The notes beneath the pieces were generated by a model that searched no databases, had not been told where the DNA came from, and saw only the letters and a program-made list of their open reading frames with translations. A stretch of 64,000 bases of DNA from the human T2T-CHM13v2.0 reference genome, Homo sapiens. Position 1 is the stretch's first letter. Each line of letters begins with the position of its first letter. Positions 37,080 to 50,514 of the stretch are shown piece by piece. The stretch lies in assembly GCF_009914755.1 (NCBI RefSeq), contig NC_060932.1; one strand, written 5' to 3'. A program made the position numbers and the translations under genes.

Positions 37080-39480
37080 TAATGGCAGACTCAGTGATCC
37101 AGAACAGACCCTATGTTCATTTTCCAGTTTTTGAATACATGGGCTCAAATGATAATGGAAATAGGCAGGATCTCCAGCATGGTTCCCCAATATGTGCTCT
37201 AACAGCTATTTTGTTAATGAGTGTGAAGTAGAACTATTACTCCCTTTCTTTACTAAAATGATAAAGAAAAGGAAATGTATACTCCTGGGGGAATTTCAGA
37301 GGTTGACTATATGATGAATAACTTTGTATGTGCAGTCACACTGATTATTTTCACTGGCCTGTTTATTTCCTCACTGTGATTAATTATATCATGGAAACCA
37401 ACTGAGTACTACTGAAAATTTAAAATTATAGTAGAATTTTCTTACTGTAGCAGAATAATGAAGTCCCTAGCACATGGTCATAACTAGCTAATTAACCAAG
37501 CCAATGCATTTTTCTCAGGCCTGATCACAGATACTGCAAGAGGCTGTCTGTCCTTACTGGAAAGGACAGCAGTATACTTACAGTCCTACTGCAGGAGTAG
37601 ATAAACTCCACATCTCAGTGTTAAAAATATGATTCCCAGAGATTTTAACTGCTTCACAACCCCACAGTATATCACAATGACAATGATATGATGTAAGTCT
37701 TGGAGAAGCCATGGAAAGTGTCTGAGACATCTCATTCAGATATATACATAAAAGAGACAATAATAAACATTCTTTTAAAAGAGGTTTGCTACCTAAGTCT
37801 AATTTATGGAGGTCTGCATGTTGGAATTGTCTCCCAGAATTAAAGGTTAACTTGCCACACCTTACTTACCATTACCATCACCAGCAAGCATGGTGCAAAG
37901 GCTCAACTTCTTAAAAAATAAAAACAACACTCACAACTTGATTATTACACATCCATACTTATGACACAACACTCTTCTACTAGGTATATGTTGCAGGGAA
38001 ACTTGTACATGTAAATCGATGAACAGACACGTCTAAAAATATTCATAGAAGCATCGTTCGTAATAGCATTCATAGAAAAAAAAACTGAGAATAATTTATA
38101 ACTGTCCAAAATCAGGAGACTAGAAGAAAAATACCAGTATATAGAAATAATGGAAAGCCATAAAGCACAGAAAATGAATGAACTATATCAACAGCCATGA
38201 ACAAAAATAAAACTCTAAAACATGATGTTCAGTAGAAGCAAATTTTATAACAATATATACAACATGATTTCATTTATATAAAGATCACCTATATAAACTG
38301 ACAAAACTAAATGATAGATTACTGGCACAAATTTAAGTGGCAAATCCTTAAAGAGAATTAATACAAAATTAATATTGTGGTAATCCCTCGGAAAGATGGA
38401 GGACATTGCAATTGCGATGGAGTATATAAAAGGCTTCTTAGCTACTGGTGTATTTTCAATTTTTAACTTGGATGGCGGATCCATGGTTGTTCATGTTCTT
38501 GTTTTTTAAACCTATAGTACTTATTTTATCTATGTAGGGGACCTGAAAAGTTCCTAGAGTTGAGTAGAGCATGGGACAATAAAAGGTTCTCCAGTAGATT
38601 GCTGTGACAGATACTCTATCTCTTGGAGTCTATGACATGGTAGATTCAATGGAATCTGAAGTACTGTTAGCTAACTGAGACATAGAAGCAACCCTTCAGC
38701 AGGTATGAATAAAAGAAAAGTGTCAGTCTCTAGGGTTTTGGAACAGTGCCATACCCCCTTCAGCAAGTAGCATCTGCTAAGAAACAACTCCTGGATTGCT
38801 ACCAAATGGATAGAGAACTGACTACCTTGTCATGAGACTCAGGGATCATCTGGCCTGAGCTTCCAGTCATGAACTGGAGGTTATCTAGTTCAATAAACTA
38901 TAAGATTAGGTATTTTAGCATTAAAAACATTTGTACATAGATCTTTATCATATTCTCACACCAGCTAGAAATAGACTGCTATGGTATTATAGCTATCATT
39001 GAAGATGAACCCAAAGGGCAATGAAAAAGGGAAATTGTCCCAGTGGCCAAAATTTGAGTAGTATATTTTGTTCAGTTTACCTGGAAACAGAGGTAACCTA
39101 AAGAAAAGATACGATACTAGTTCTCCTGAATTGAAAGCTGAGCCAGCCACCTAGGCAGTTTGAATTCTACATACCTATAGGCAAACTAGTAAAATGGTCA
39201 ATCATAGTGTTGGCTGAGGTAATTTATGCTGGTTATCAAGGTCCGTTGAAATGGTTTGTTCATACATAGCGCATGCCTAAAGGAGTATGGGAAGAGGTAA
39301 GGAAATTCCTGGGACAACTCAAGTACTATTTTGACCAATCATAAAATTTAATACAATTTTTAAATTTTTAAAGGCAAAGACCCTCAGTAAACTAAGGTTC
39401 TTGAATTAAGAAGGGAAGTCATAAGTTACAACTACTATGACCAACTAGAGAACTGAGAATGATAGCCTGAACCTATATTT
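37080..39480 (+). mobile_element. Fossil ERV-L internal region (RT, RNase H/tether and dUTPase remnants), interrupted by an L1ME 3' fragment
   Basis: Hand translation gives ANAFFS (37500-17), WKGQQYT (37558-78), LGFWNSAIPPS (38730-62), KQLLDCY (38782-802), PELPVMNW (38854-77), GKLSQW (39029-46) and VLAEVIYAGYQG (39207-42), collinear with ERV-L Pol and dUTPase motifs. Confidence 0.8.
37905..38530 (+). mobile_element. L1ME-like 3' fragment inserted in the ERV-L fossil
   Basis: 'atgacacaacactcttctactaggtatatg', 'aaaatgaatgaactatatcaacagccatg', 'catgatttcatttatataaag'. Confidence 0.7.
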
Positions 39481-39614
39481 CTTTGCTTGCTCCTAGAATG
39501 TAACACTCATCTTCCCCATACAAACAATTTCCCTATAAAGTCACCATTATCAAAATTTTAAAAACATTTCTTCCTCTTCCTTTATGCCAAATCACAATAG
39601 AATAAAGGGAAGAC

Positions 39615-39832
39615 TGCTAACACGGTGAAATCCCGTCTCTATCAAAAAAAAAAAAAAAAAAAATTTAGCCGGGCGTGGTGGCAGGCGCCTGTGGTCCCAG
39701 CTACTCAGGAGACTGAGGCAGGAGAATGGCGTGAACCTGGGAGGCGGAGTTTGCAGTGAGCTGAGATAGCGCCACTACACTCCAGCCTGGGAGACAGAGC
39801 GAGACTCCGTCTCAAAAAGAAAAAAAAAAAAA
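39615..39832 (+). mobile_element. 5'-truncated AluY with expanded central A-tract
   Basis: 'gctaacacggtgaaa', A20 linker, 'gaatggcgtgaacctgggaggcggag', A-tail. Confidence 0.92.
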
Positions 39833-42800
39833 TACTGGACTTAGTGAACAGCAGCTCAAGCTTGATTGGGATATATGTTTGGGTAGCTGTGGAGGATGCT
39901 GGAGATATCCTTAGATCATTTTCAGAATTATTCTCATTATCAATGACAGAAATCCATCTTGAAATAACATGAAAATGGGAGAGAAAGAGATTGAGATTGA
40001 TTCATTGATTCCAAAAAATAAGGGAAAAGGAAAAATTTTTGTAGGGATTGACATAAGTTGAAGTTTTGACACTGAAGGACTTTCTCTTTCTACCATCATT
40101 TCTATTTCTTGTTTTTCTCTGGAATCATGGCTATTTCCATCTGTGGCTCACATCCTATAAAACTAAGACCAAAGTGGAATGGATACTTCTGCCTGGGATC
40201 ATTTTAAACATCGTTCTCATGCCCTAAAAGATTACCTTTGTGAATGGTTTCTTCCAATTACATAAGACTAAGATTCACTTAACAGTGTGTGTATAGCTAC
40301 CAATTCAAGCAAATTTAACAAACCAAACTAGTTCTTCTCTGTGTCCTCCTGTTAAATATGGATTAAAAATATATACTTGAAAACTCAAGGTACATAATCA
40401 ACAGAATTTCCAGTTTCAAGTCTTAAACAGAGATTATGAGTATTAACTAAAAGCAAAGTCGTTATTAAAAAGTAAACATTAATATAAAAGAATTTTCAAA
40501 TTATTTCTGGAGTTTTTGATAGCAAAGATGGTAGCACACAAATTCATAATTTTTACTTGCATATACAATACAGACAATCTGTAGTGTCAGCTTTTTAAAC
40601 AAAATACTTTAAAAGCCATTTTAAGTTATAATTTCTAATTAGTAGATATTATCTGTGTTAAAAGTTCCTTTGCTTATATATTCAGTATGAATAAAACAGG
40701 TTTAACTCTGGCATTAGTGCTGTCCCTATAAAAAAAACACACATTTATGTACATACAAAGATAGCTACTAAAACAAATATTAATATTGAGAGATATAAAA
40801 ACATATTTAATAAAAATAATAACTATTTAAATACCTTATTGTCATCATTTACCATTCCTCATATTACACTATTTTAGGGATGGACACAGTCATTTATATG
40901 TTCTAAAAAGTTATCTATGCCAGAAATTATTTCATATTTAAAGCAATCATTTTAACTGTGACATGACTTTTTCATGGGAGCTTCCTTAGTTTAAATTAAA
41001 AAAACAAAATAGATTACTTTACTGCTTTTGGCTTTTTGTTGTTCAATTCCTTACCCTTGCCCAGAAACAAGACTACATCTTTGCCCTTTGTTGATATTGC
41101 TGCTCAAGCTCATTATCACGTGAATATCTGGTTATTGTTTTATAAATGTTCATTTTCTAGAAGCTCACTGTTTCTTTCTTTCTCAACAGTCGACTTTACA
41201 CTAGCCACACTCATTATCATCATGTGGCAGTACTGCTCTTCCTCTGCCTTTGCTGCTTTAAAAATTAATGCACTGTTATTTTCTGAATACTGCATAAGCT
41301 GCTTATGAGTACATTATGCTATCAAGCAAGCACATGCAGAAAAGCTTCCTAAACTGTTATTCTTTCAATGAAAATACAGCTGGTTCTGCTTCAAAGGCAC
41401 ATCTTTTCACCTGCAAATGGACTTGCTCCTGCACTTATTCCTCAATTCATTGTCTTTTATTTGTGTCTAGAAATCTTTAATTGCCTTTAATTAGAAAAAA
41501 GTAAATTCAGTGCTTTAATCTTGCAAATACATTCAATCATAATTCTGTCTGGGATAAATACCAAGTTCTATTCACTGTCTGATCTCTGTAACAAAGATAT
41601 ATAATTTATTGTCCATTTATATAGACCACACCAATTAAGATACAATAGAAAAGCAGAGAGATAAGAGTCAAAATATTTGAAAAGAAAAATTTGCAATCTA
41701 AATTTAATTACTCAAATGAATTATTGGAAGATGAGTTATTTACAGCATGCCAAAAATACTGGCAAATAATATTTGGTAATCAACAATAAAGACTTTTATA
41801 TTTCCTTCAACATTTTTAGAATAAATCTCACCAAATGCTTCCAATCCCTCCTCCCTTCGTCAAAAAGCAATATACTACTTGGAATCTTACTTTTCTTGTA
41901 TTACCTAAGTTACATATAAAAGTAACACAATTTGTCATATAAAGTAAATCTGCAGCTGCCATATGAACACAATGTTTAGTTATTATATTGCAAACTACAA
42001 ATATCTAAAGAAGACTCATTACAAAACTAGGGGTCAATAGTCTTTCGTATGGAATCTTGTTAAAAAAACTCTAGTAACTATGTCAGTAAACAAATGGCCT
42101 GCATTTTAACACCTTCAAGATGAATAAAATTACAAATGCTCACAGGAAAATAACTAGGTAAAACATTAACCAATCAAATTGATAAAATGAAAATAACTAC
42201 AAAGCCAGAAATAATCCAGGAGATTACCATCAGCATAACGTACCTTTACATTTAATAAATCGTGCAAAGGATAACAATTTCCTTAAAGACAAAAAGCAAG
42301 TATTACCTACAAAGGTAAACTACGCAAAAAGTAAAACTTCTCTCAAAATTATTTGGAGATATCCAGAATATAGAGAGCAGGCTGGTAAATTCATCATTGA
42401 AAATAAACATCTCGGGCAAATTTTTCATTTTAATTTTGTTATAGAAACAATTCAAACCAATGATAATTTTTCAATGCTTGGACATAACAGCTTGTCATGC
42501 ATTACCATTACAGAAAACACATCATCATTTAACACCACATTAAGTACTAAGAAACAAGCACTAAGCTTAGAGCTGCTAAAGATAAACCAAGTTGCTCATA
42601 AAATACAAATTAATTTCCAAGAAAATTCATATTAAAAATGCTAACCAAGCAAAAATTTATACATGGAGGAGAATTATAGTTAAATAGAAGATGTTATAAA
42701 TAATATCAATCTTGAGTTTGCAATTAGTACTCAAAAAAGTCCACAAACATTTAAGAAGTGGTTGTATCCAAGGTACCCATGGGGATGTAGAGAAGTAAAA

Positions 42801-44667
42801 GAAAGACAAACAACAAAAAGAATAACAGGGAACCTAAAACGCAAAATTAAGAAAAATTAAACAACGACATGTTTCAGTAAGTATTCAATTTAGTTAAACA
42901 TACTGCTTACTATTTCAAGAAAAATGATAAAATACTCAAATTAATGTAAACAGGTTAGGTTAAACAAAGGGTATATAAAATTGTAATCACCTAAGAATTA
43001 GGACAGTTGCTTTATTGATTATTTAAATATTTATTAAGTACCTTCTGTGAACATCATTAGAGATGCCAAAAAAAATTAGATGGAGCTTCTGTCTTCAAGA
43101 CTATTTAAATTCTAGTAAGTACAATTAAAAAAATATGTGAAAGATAGGAGAAAGTAATCACATTTAGAAGTTTAAAAATCCTTATTGTCTAAGTTAAATA
43201 AGGATATTAATATACTTTATTAAGTCAACTATGAAAACTTGAGAATCTCCTCTCCCTTTCCCAAAACAAGGAAAGAAAAGAAAAGAAAAAAAAGGAATGG
43301 AAAATGTTGAAAATTTGAAGAATGAAAAAGGAAACATAGTCAAAAAGTTTCAAGAAAAAAGGTTAGAGCGGAGATTAGCAAAGGAAAAATCACTACAAAT
43401 GAAAAATATAAATAAAAATGTGAAAATATATCAAGATTTTTAATTCATAGTAAATTATATAGAATTAAATTTGCTTGCTTGAAAACAAAGATTCTCCACC
43501 TATATTAAAAAATCAATTATATCATTAATTTATAGATTAAAATAAAGGGATAAGAAAAATACAAGAGTACTTAACAAAATAACAAAAAGTATTTTACCAA
43601 TATTAATATAAAACAAAAAGAAGTCTAAACAGACACTTCATAAGTACTTTATAAATAAAAAGGTCATTATATAATAGAAAAGGGGAAATTATCATAAATA
43701 TATACCAATTTACAAATGCTAAGCAACGAAAACATAGCTTCAAATATATAAAGCAAAAACTGATAGCATTACAAGAATTGAAAACTATAGTCTTGGGGTA
43801 TTTTAATTCTCATTTTTCACTAAATGACAGCTAAAATATATAAAAAGTACACAATAGAGTTGAAAACTATAATTAATATAAGTAGTACTGAATCCTAATA
43901 TTAGAGAATACCTATTCCTTTCAAGCACAGGGAATGTTAACAAAATTGACTGCATACTAATTCAGACAGGAAATACTAATATCAAAAACTGATATCATAC
44001 ACAAAACACTGTCGGTACAAGAAACAAGGCTAAAAATCAATTTGAGAAAAAGTAAGAGTGGAGCTTTTGAATGTTATTAAAGTTAAGCTATTATTAGCTT
44101 AAAATAGACTGTTAAACATTTTATGGAAGCCTCATGATAACCACAAAGAAAAAAAACTAATAATAGATACAGAAAAGATAAAAAAAACTAATATTAGATT
44201 CAGAAGAGATAAATAGAAAGAATCAAAGTATATCACAACAAAAATTATCAAATTGCAAAGATGATACCAAGCGAGGAAGAGAGGAACAAAAGAAATACAA
44301 AACAGACAGGAAACGATTAACAAAAAATGACAATAAAAAGCCCTTACTATCAAAAATTACTCTAAGTGCAAATATATTAAACTCACCAATCAAAATATAT
44401 AGAGTGTCTCAATGGATAAAAAAAGGTTCAGTTATATGCTGTCTATAAAAGACTAGCTTTAGATTTAATGACACACACAGGCCGAAAGTAAAGAGATGGA
44501 AAAAGATATTCCATGCAAATCGTAACCCAAAAAGAGCAGGAGTAGCTATACTTATATCTGACTAAGTAGAATTTAAACCAAAAACTGTTACAAGAGATGA
44601 AGAAGGTCATTACATAATGATAAATGAATTAACTTAACAGGAAGATATAATGATTATAAATTTAAAA

Positions 44668-44843
44668 ATACACATATATGCATATGTGTACATAAATAAA
44701 TATACATATATACATATATATGTGTATATATGTACATACATGTATATGTATATATACATATCTACATACACAAGTATATATGTATATATGAGTGTACATA
44801 TATATGTATATGTGTGTGTAGACATATATATATATATATATAT
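44668..44843 (+). repeat. Degenerate (TA/CA/TG)n low-complexity expansion within L1
   Basis: Seen directly. Confidence 0.92.
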
Positions 44844-46169
44844 GCACCCAACATCAAAGAATCTAAATACATAAAACAGCCATGGAACTGAAGAAATAGA
44901 AAGCAATACCATAATAGTAGTCAAAAATGGATAGATTATTGAGACAAAAAACTCAAGAAAAAAACACAGATTTAAACAATACTACAGAACAAATGGACTT
45001 AACAAATGTATACAGAACATTCCAAGCAAAAGTAACAGCATACATATTCTTCTCAAGTGTACACTAACATTCTCCAGGATAAATCACATGCTAGGTCACA
45101 AAGTAAGTTTTAACAGATTTAAGAAGACTGAAATTACTCCAAGTATCTTTTATGAGCACAATAGAATAAAACTAGAAATCAATAACAAAAGGAAAATGGG
45201 AAATTCACGAATACATGAAAAGTAAACAAGGAACCCATGAACAATCATTCAGTAAAAGAAATCAAATGGAAAATAAGAAAATGTTTTGAAAGGAATGAAA
45301 ATGAAAACACAATATAACAAAATTAATGGGATACAGCAAAGGTAGTACTGAGAAAAAAGTTTATTAACAATAAACAACTAGATTTAAAAAGAAATATCTC
45401 AAATAACCTAACTTTATACCTCAAAAAATTAGAAAAAGAACAACCCTAAGCACAAAGTTGCCAGGAAAAAGCAAAATAGTAAAGATTCTGGCAGAAATAA
45501 ATGAAATAGAGAATAGAAAAACAATGTGGAAAAAATCAATAAAACTCATCACACACGAAATAGCAGACATTACAACTGATGCCACAGAAATGAAAAAGAT
45601 CATAAGGGGCATTTATAAACAATTATACACCAACAAATTGAATAAACTAGAAGAAATGGGTAAGTTCCTAAAAATATGCAACCAAGCAAGAATGAATCAA
45701 GAAGAAATAGAAAGCCTGAAAACTAGTAACAAATGAGACTGAATCAATAGTCAGAAACTTCCCAATAAAGAAAAGCCCAGTACTAGATGACTTCAATTCT
45801 ATGAAACATTAAAAAAAAATCCTTCTTAAAGTCTCCCAAAATATGGAAAAAGAGGGAACACCTTCAAACTCATTTTATAAAGCTAGCCAGCATTACCTTG
45901 ATTTGAAAGCCAAAGACACCACACCGAAGAAAACTACTGACCACTATTCTCTTATGAACATAAAACAAAAATCCTCAAGAAAATATTAGCAAACAAAATT
46001 CAACAGCACATAAAACAGATCATATACAATGACCAAGTGGGATTTATCCCTGGGCTATAAGGATGGTTCAACACATGAAAATCAATTCATATGATAAAGT
46101 ACATTAACAAAATGAAGAATAAAAATCACATGATGATCTCAACAAATGCAGAAGAAGCATTTAACACAA

Positions 46170-47050
46170 AGTTCACCAGGAACTTAAACAAATTTACAAG
46201 AAAAAAACCCCATCAAAAAGTGGGCAAAGGATATGAACAGACACTTCTCAAAAGAAGACATTTATGTGGCCAACAAACATATGAAAAAAAGCTCAGCCTC
46301 ACTGGTCATTAGAGAAATGCAAATCAAAACCACAGTGAGACACCATCTCATGACAGTCAGAATGGCAATCATTAAAAAGTCAGGAAACAACACATGCTGG
46401 AGAGGATGTGGAGAAATAGGAACGCTTTTACACTGTTGGTGGGAGTGCCAATTAGTTCAACCATTGTAGAAGACATTGTGGTGATTCCTCAAGGATCTAG
46501 AACCAAAAATACCATTTGACCAAGCAATTCCATTACTGGGTATATACCCAAAGGATTATAAATCATTCTACTATAAAGACACATCCACACTTATGTTTAC
46601 TGAAGCACTATTTAAAATAGCAAAGACTTGGAACCAACCCCAATGCCCATCAATGATAGACTGGATAATGAAAATGTGGCACATATACACCATGGAATAC
46701 TATGCAGCCATAAAAAATAATGAGTTCATGTCCTTTGCAGGGACATGGATGAAGCTGGAAACCATCTTTCTCAGCAAACTAACACAGGAACAGAAAACCA
46801 AACACCGCATGTTCTCATGCATAAGTGGGGGTTGAACATTGAGAACATACGAGCACAGGGAAGGGAACATCACACAACAGGGCCTGTCAGGGGGTGGGGT
46901 GTAAGGGAAAGGATAGCATTAGGAGAAATACCTAATATAGATGACGGGTTGATGGGTGCAGCAAACCACCATGGGACATGTATACCTACGTAACAAACCT
47001 GCACGTTCTGCACATGTATCCTAGAACTTAAGGTATAACAAAAAATAAAA
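46170..47050 (+). mobile_element. L1PA 3' fragment (~880 bp) nested in the older L1 ORF2
   Basis: Typical L1PA 3' UTR 'gggttgatgggtgcagcaaaccaccatgg...aacctgcacgttctgcacatgtatcctagaactta'. Host sequence resumes as '...gcatttaaca / aaattcagcaccatttcatgata'. Confidence 0.9.
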
Positions 47051-47085
47051 TTCAGCACCATTTCATGATAAAAATTCTCAATAAA

Positions 47086-47211
47086 TTAGGTATAGAATGA
47101 ATATCTCCCTTCTTTTTTTCTAGTACTTTTATGTCTTATATTTGCCTTTTAGGTATAGAATGAATGTCCCCCTTCTTTTTTTCTAGTAGTTTTATGTCTT
47201 ATATTTGCCTT
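47086..47211 (+). repeat. 63-bp tandem duplication x2 spanning an L1 sense/antisense junction
   Basis: 47086-47148 and 47149-47211 are nearly identical. Confidence 0.92.
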
Positions 47212-48409
47212 TAATTCATTTTTATTTCTTGACATTGGTCTTGGCTATGATTTCTTGGATGTAACACTAAAGAACATGCAACTGAAGCAAAAACAAACAA
47301 AGGAGACTAAATTAAACTAAAAATCTTCTGCATGGCATAAGGAGCAATGAACAAAATAAAAAGGTAATCTACAAAATGGGAGAAAATATTTGTACACCAT
47401 GTACTTGAGAAACAGTTAAGTCAAATTATATAAGGAACTTATATTTTACAATAGTAAAAAAGACAACTTGATTGAACATACCTGACTAGAAAATGGTCAA
47501 AAGGTCTGAATAGACATTTCTCCAAAGAAAATGGAGAAAATGACAAACAGGTACATGGAAAAGTCCTCAACCTCCCTAATTATCAGAGAAGTGCTAATCC
47601 AACCACAATAAGATAATGTCTCACACGTGTTAGGATGACTATGTTAAAAAAACGTAATAAATGTTAGTGAGGATACAGAAAAGACAGAATCCTTGTATAT
47701 TCTTAGTAGAAATGGAAAAAAATAGTATGGAGATTCCTCTAAAAATCAGAAATATAACTACTATATGACCCAGCAATCTCTCTCCTAGGTATATACCCAA
47801 AGAAAATAAAATCTCCACATTTTAGAGATACCATGTTCACTGCAGCATTATTCACAATAGCCAAGATATGGAAACAACCTAAGTGTCCACAGACAGATGA
47901 CGGAATCAAGAAATTATTTTATACATATATAAAAATATATTTCACCCTTTAAAAAGGAGGTCCTGCCATTTGGGAAAACATGGATGAAATTGGAGGACAT
48001 TATGCTAAGTGAAGTAGGCCAGACAAAGAAAGAAAAATACTGCATGATCTCTCTTATCTTTTCAATCTTAAAAAACGGATGTCAAATATGTAGAAAAGGA
48101 GAGTGGAATGGTGTTAGCAGAGTTGGAGGGAAGGGGAAATGCAGAGATGTAGGTCAAGGGTATAAAGTTGCAATTATGTAGGATGAATAAACTATAGATC
48201 TAATATACCACATGAGAACTACAGTTAATAATATTGTATTGTACACTGGATATTTGCTGAGAGTAGATTTTAGGACTCTTACCACACACAGAAAAGGTAC
48301 TATGTGAGATGATGCATATTTTAATTGGTTTGACTGTAGTAATCATTTACTCTGTGTGTGTATAGCAAAAAGTGATGTTGTACACCTTAAATACGTACTA
48401 TAAACATTC

Positions 48410-48722
48410 TTTTTTTTTTTTTGAGATGGAGTCCCACTCTGTCACCCAGGCTGTAGTGCAGTAACATGATCTCTGCTCACTGCAAGCTCTGCCTCCCGGG
48501 TTCCCGGGTTCACGCCATTCTCCTGGCTCAGCCTCCCAGGTAGCTGGGACTACAGGCGCCCATCACGACGCCCGGCTAATTTTTTTTTTTTTTTGTATTT
48601 TTAGTAGAGACAGGGTTTCACCATGTTAGCCAGGATGGTCTCGATCTCCTGACCTTGTGATCCACCTGCCTCGGCCTCCCAAAGTGCTGGGATTACTGGC
48701 GTTAAGTCACCGCGCCCGGCCT
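48410..48722 (-). mobile_element. AluY inserted in the L1 tail
   Basis: CpG-rich, 'tgcaagctctgcctcccggg...cacgccattc'. TSD gtactataaacattctt / gtactatacaaattctt. Internal 8-bp duplication cccgggtt. Confidence 0.95.
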
Positions 48723-49850
48723 GTACTATACAAATTCTTAATTGGCTATATGTATTCCAAATATTTTTTACTTTGTTTGCATGTCTTTTGTTTTTCAGAA
48801 ATATATTTTGCTTTATAGAGCGTACTTTTTGTGTCTTATTTATGAAATAGATATATACTATATTTTGGTATCAATTATTTATATTTATTTTCTGACTTCT
48901 AATGTAACTTCTTTGTTTATCCTTTAGTTATTTAGAAGTGTTATTTTTATTAATTTATTTTGTATTTCCAAAGCAATGGTACAGATGGAAAAAAGTGCAC
49001 TAAAGGAGAGGGTTGGGTGAAGAAGGGGAAGTTACCTTTTTGCTTCTAACTAATTTCTAATTTACTACATTTGATTTAAAAATGCAGTTATAGGATATTG
49101 ATTGTTTATAACTTGGGATACTTTCTTTGTGACTTAGTATGTAGGTAGGTAATTTTTTAGAAATACTCCATGTATCCTTGAAAAGAAAATCCTGCACCTA
49201 GAGCCTAATTTAAAATAGATAAGCTTCCTGTTATCTTCCTGTGCTAAGTGAGCTTTTCTAGTCCACCGTTCTACTAGGGTAGTATCTCCTTGAGGGTCCA
49301 AGTATATTTGGGAGTCTCAATTCCATCTACAAATCCTTATTTCCAGTCTTCCTTAATCCTTCTTTCACATATGACCTCTGGAGAATTCTCTTTCTTTTTT
49401 TCTGAACTCAGGTTTCCATATAAAAGAACATTTGTTCTACTTTATTTAGCATATTTTACAGGAGAATTTTGAAGTTATCAAATTATTGCCAATAAGAGTC
49501 AACAGAATTAAAAGTTATAATATGTATACAAAGGAATGATTTAATGGATTATAAAATCAAAAATGCTGATTATATAAAAGCATTCAGCCTAAAGAATAAT
49601 ATTTATTTTTTGTTTTATTAAATTAATTAAAATTATAAGAGCACTGAAAAATCGTAAGTACATGAAGTTCATATCTTTACTGGTAAGCAGGACTGCATTT
49701 AATTTTGCTTCCATAAAACTCTATAAAGTCCTTTTTCACTCACATATTTCTGTGTATCATATGTATTAGAGAAAATTTATTTTCTTAATATGCATAATTG
49801 TGTTTTTATCTCAATTAATAGGAGTGTATCAAAGATAATTCATTGCTTAC

Positions 49851-49911
49851 CAATTTGTTTTCTGTACTGATCAACAGGAAGTTTTATAGTAGCAGCATCT
49901 TTTCTACCCAT
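49851..49911 (-). CDS. TRIQK: TRIQK first coding exon (coding part): MGRKDAATIKLPVDQYRKQI + first base of Gly; phase-1 intron follows
   Basis: Minus strand reads ttttcagcag-GCATTTTGGAGATCAAAG-ATG GGT AGA AAA GAT...ATT G|gtaagc. Strong Kozak context (A at -3, G at +4). Translation matches the recalled TRIQK N-terminus and joins in frame to the next exons. Confidence 0.96.
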
Positions 49912-49932
49912 CTTTGATCTCCAAAATGCCTG
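49912..49932 (-). other. TRIQK: 5' UTR part of the TRIQK start-codon exon with tandem CAGCAG (NAGNAG) acceptor; exon starts at 49932 or 49929
   Basis: Pyrimidine tract gttttcttttcag then CAG then GCATTTTGG on the minus strand. Confidence 0.85.
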
Positions 49933-50514
49933 CTGAAAAGAAAACAATTATAATGAAAATTTTTTTAAAAAGGAGTGTCTATAAAATCCAGAAATAGTTT
50001 ATTCTATAAAATTCATTTTTAAAGCAATGGGTACAAATACTTTGACTTATTTCCATTAAATATTCATAAAGAAAACAAAATTCTTTTAAATAAATTATCA
50101 ATGATACAATTGCTGGTAATTAAATTTCTCAATCATTTGTTTTTGATAACATTCATCTTATCAAGTACTATCAGTGTTCCATTAAACCATATTGTTAAAT
50201 AACATTATCTGTAAATATGAAAATCATGTAGTATTTACTTAGATAGGTTGGGGCTTTTGGCATACTTTTGGCAACATGCTTATTTCCAAGTATATATAGT
50301 TTGGATATATACTTACTATGTTACATTAAAAGTAAGGCTAAAGTTTGAATCTCAAGTATTTTGTATTTTATTTTAAAAAGCATAACATATACATACAAAG
50401 CAGATGAATTTCAGTTCTAGTTCTGCCCCTCTTAATGTAAACAATAAAAACTACTACCATTTATTAATATTTTCATGCTTATTACCTTATATGCACTGTT
50501 CGATTTAATCTACC

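Larger units (their letters stand above)
43200..48410 (+). mobile_element. L1 cluster: old L1 remnant (~43200-44040), then L1MA (L1MA7/8-like) ORF2 and 3' UTR (~44040-48410) with nested L1PA and an internal rearrangement
   Basis: ORF2 fragments (45458..45736) and the L1MA7/8-type 3' UTR 'tataaagttgcaattatgtaggatgaataa...ctatgtgagatgatgcatattttaattggtttgactgtagtaatcattt'. Confidence 0.85.

Noticed and set aside
37864-37930. Possible 40-nt minus-strand exon (taag|...ATG|gtaagt)
   Set aside because: AAG acceptor is weak, it lies across an ERV-L/L1 boundary, and there is no other support.
44634-44924. Y/I/V/H-rich ORFs on both strands
   Set aside because: Translations of (TA)n-like low complexity inside L1.
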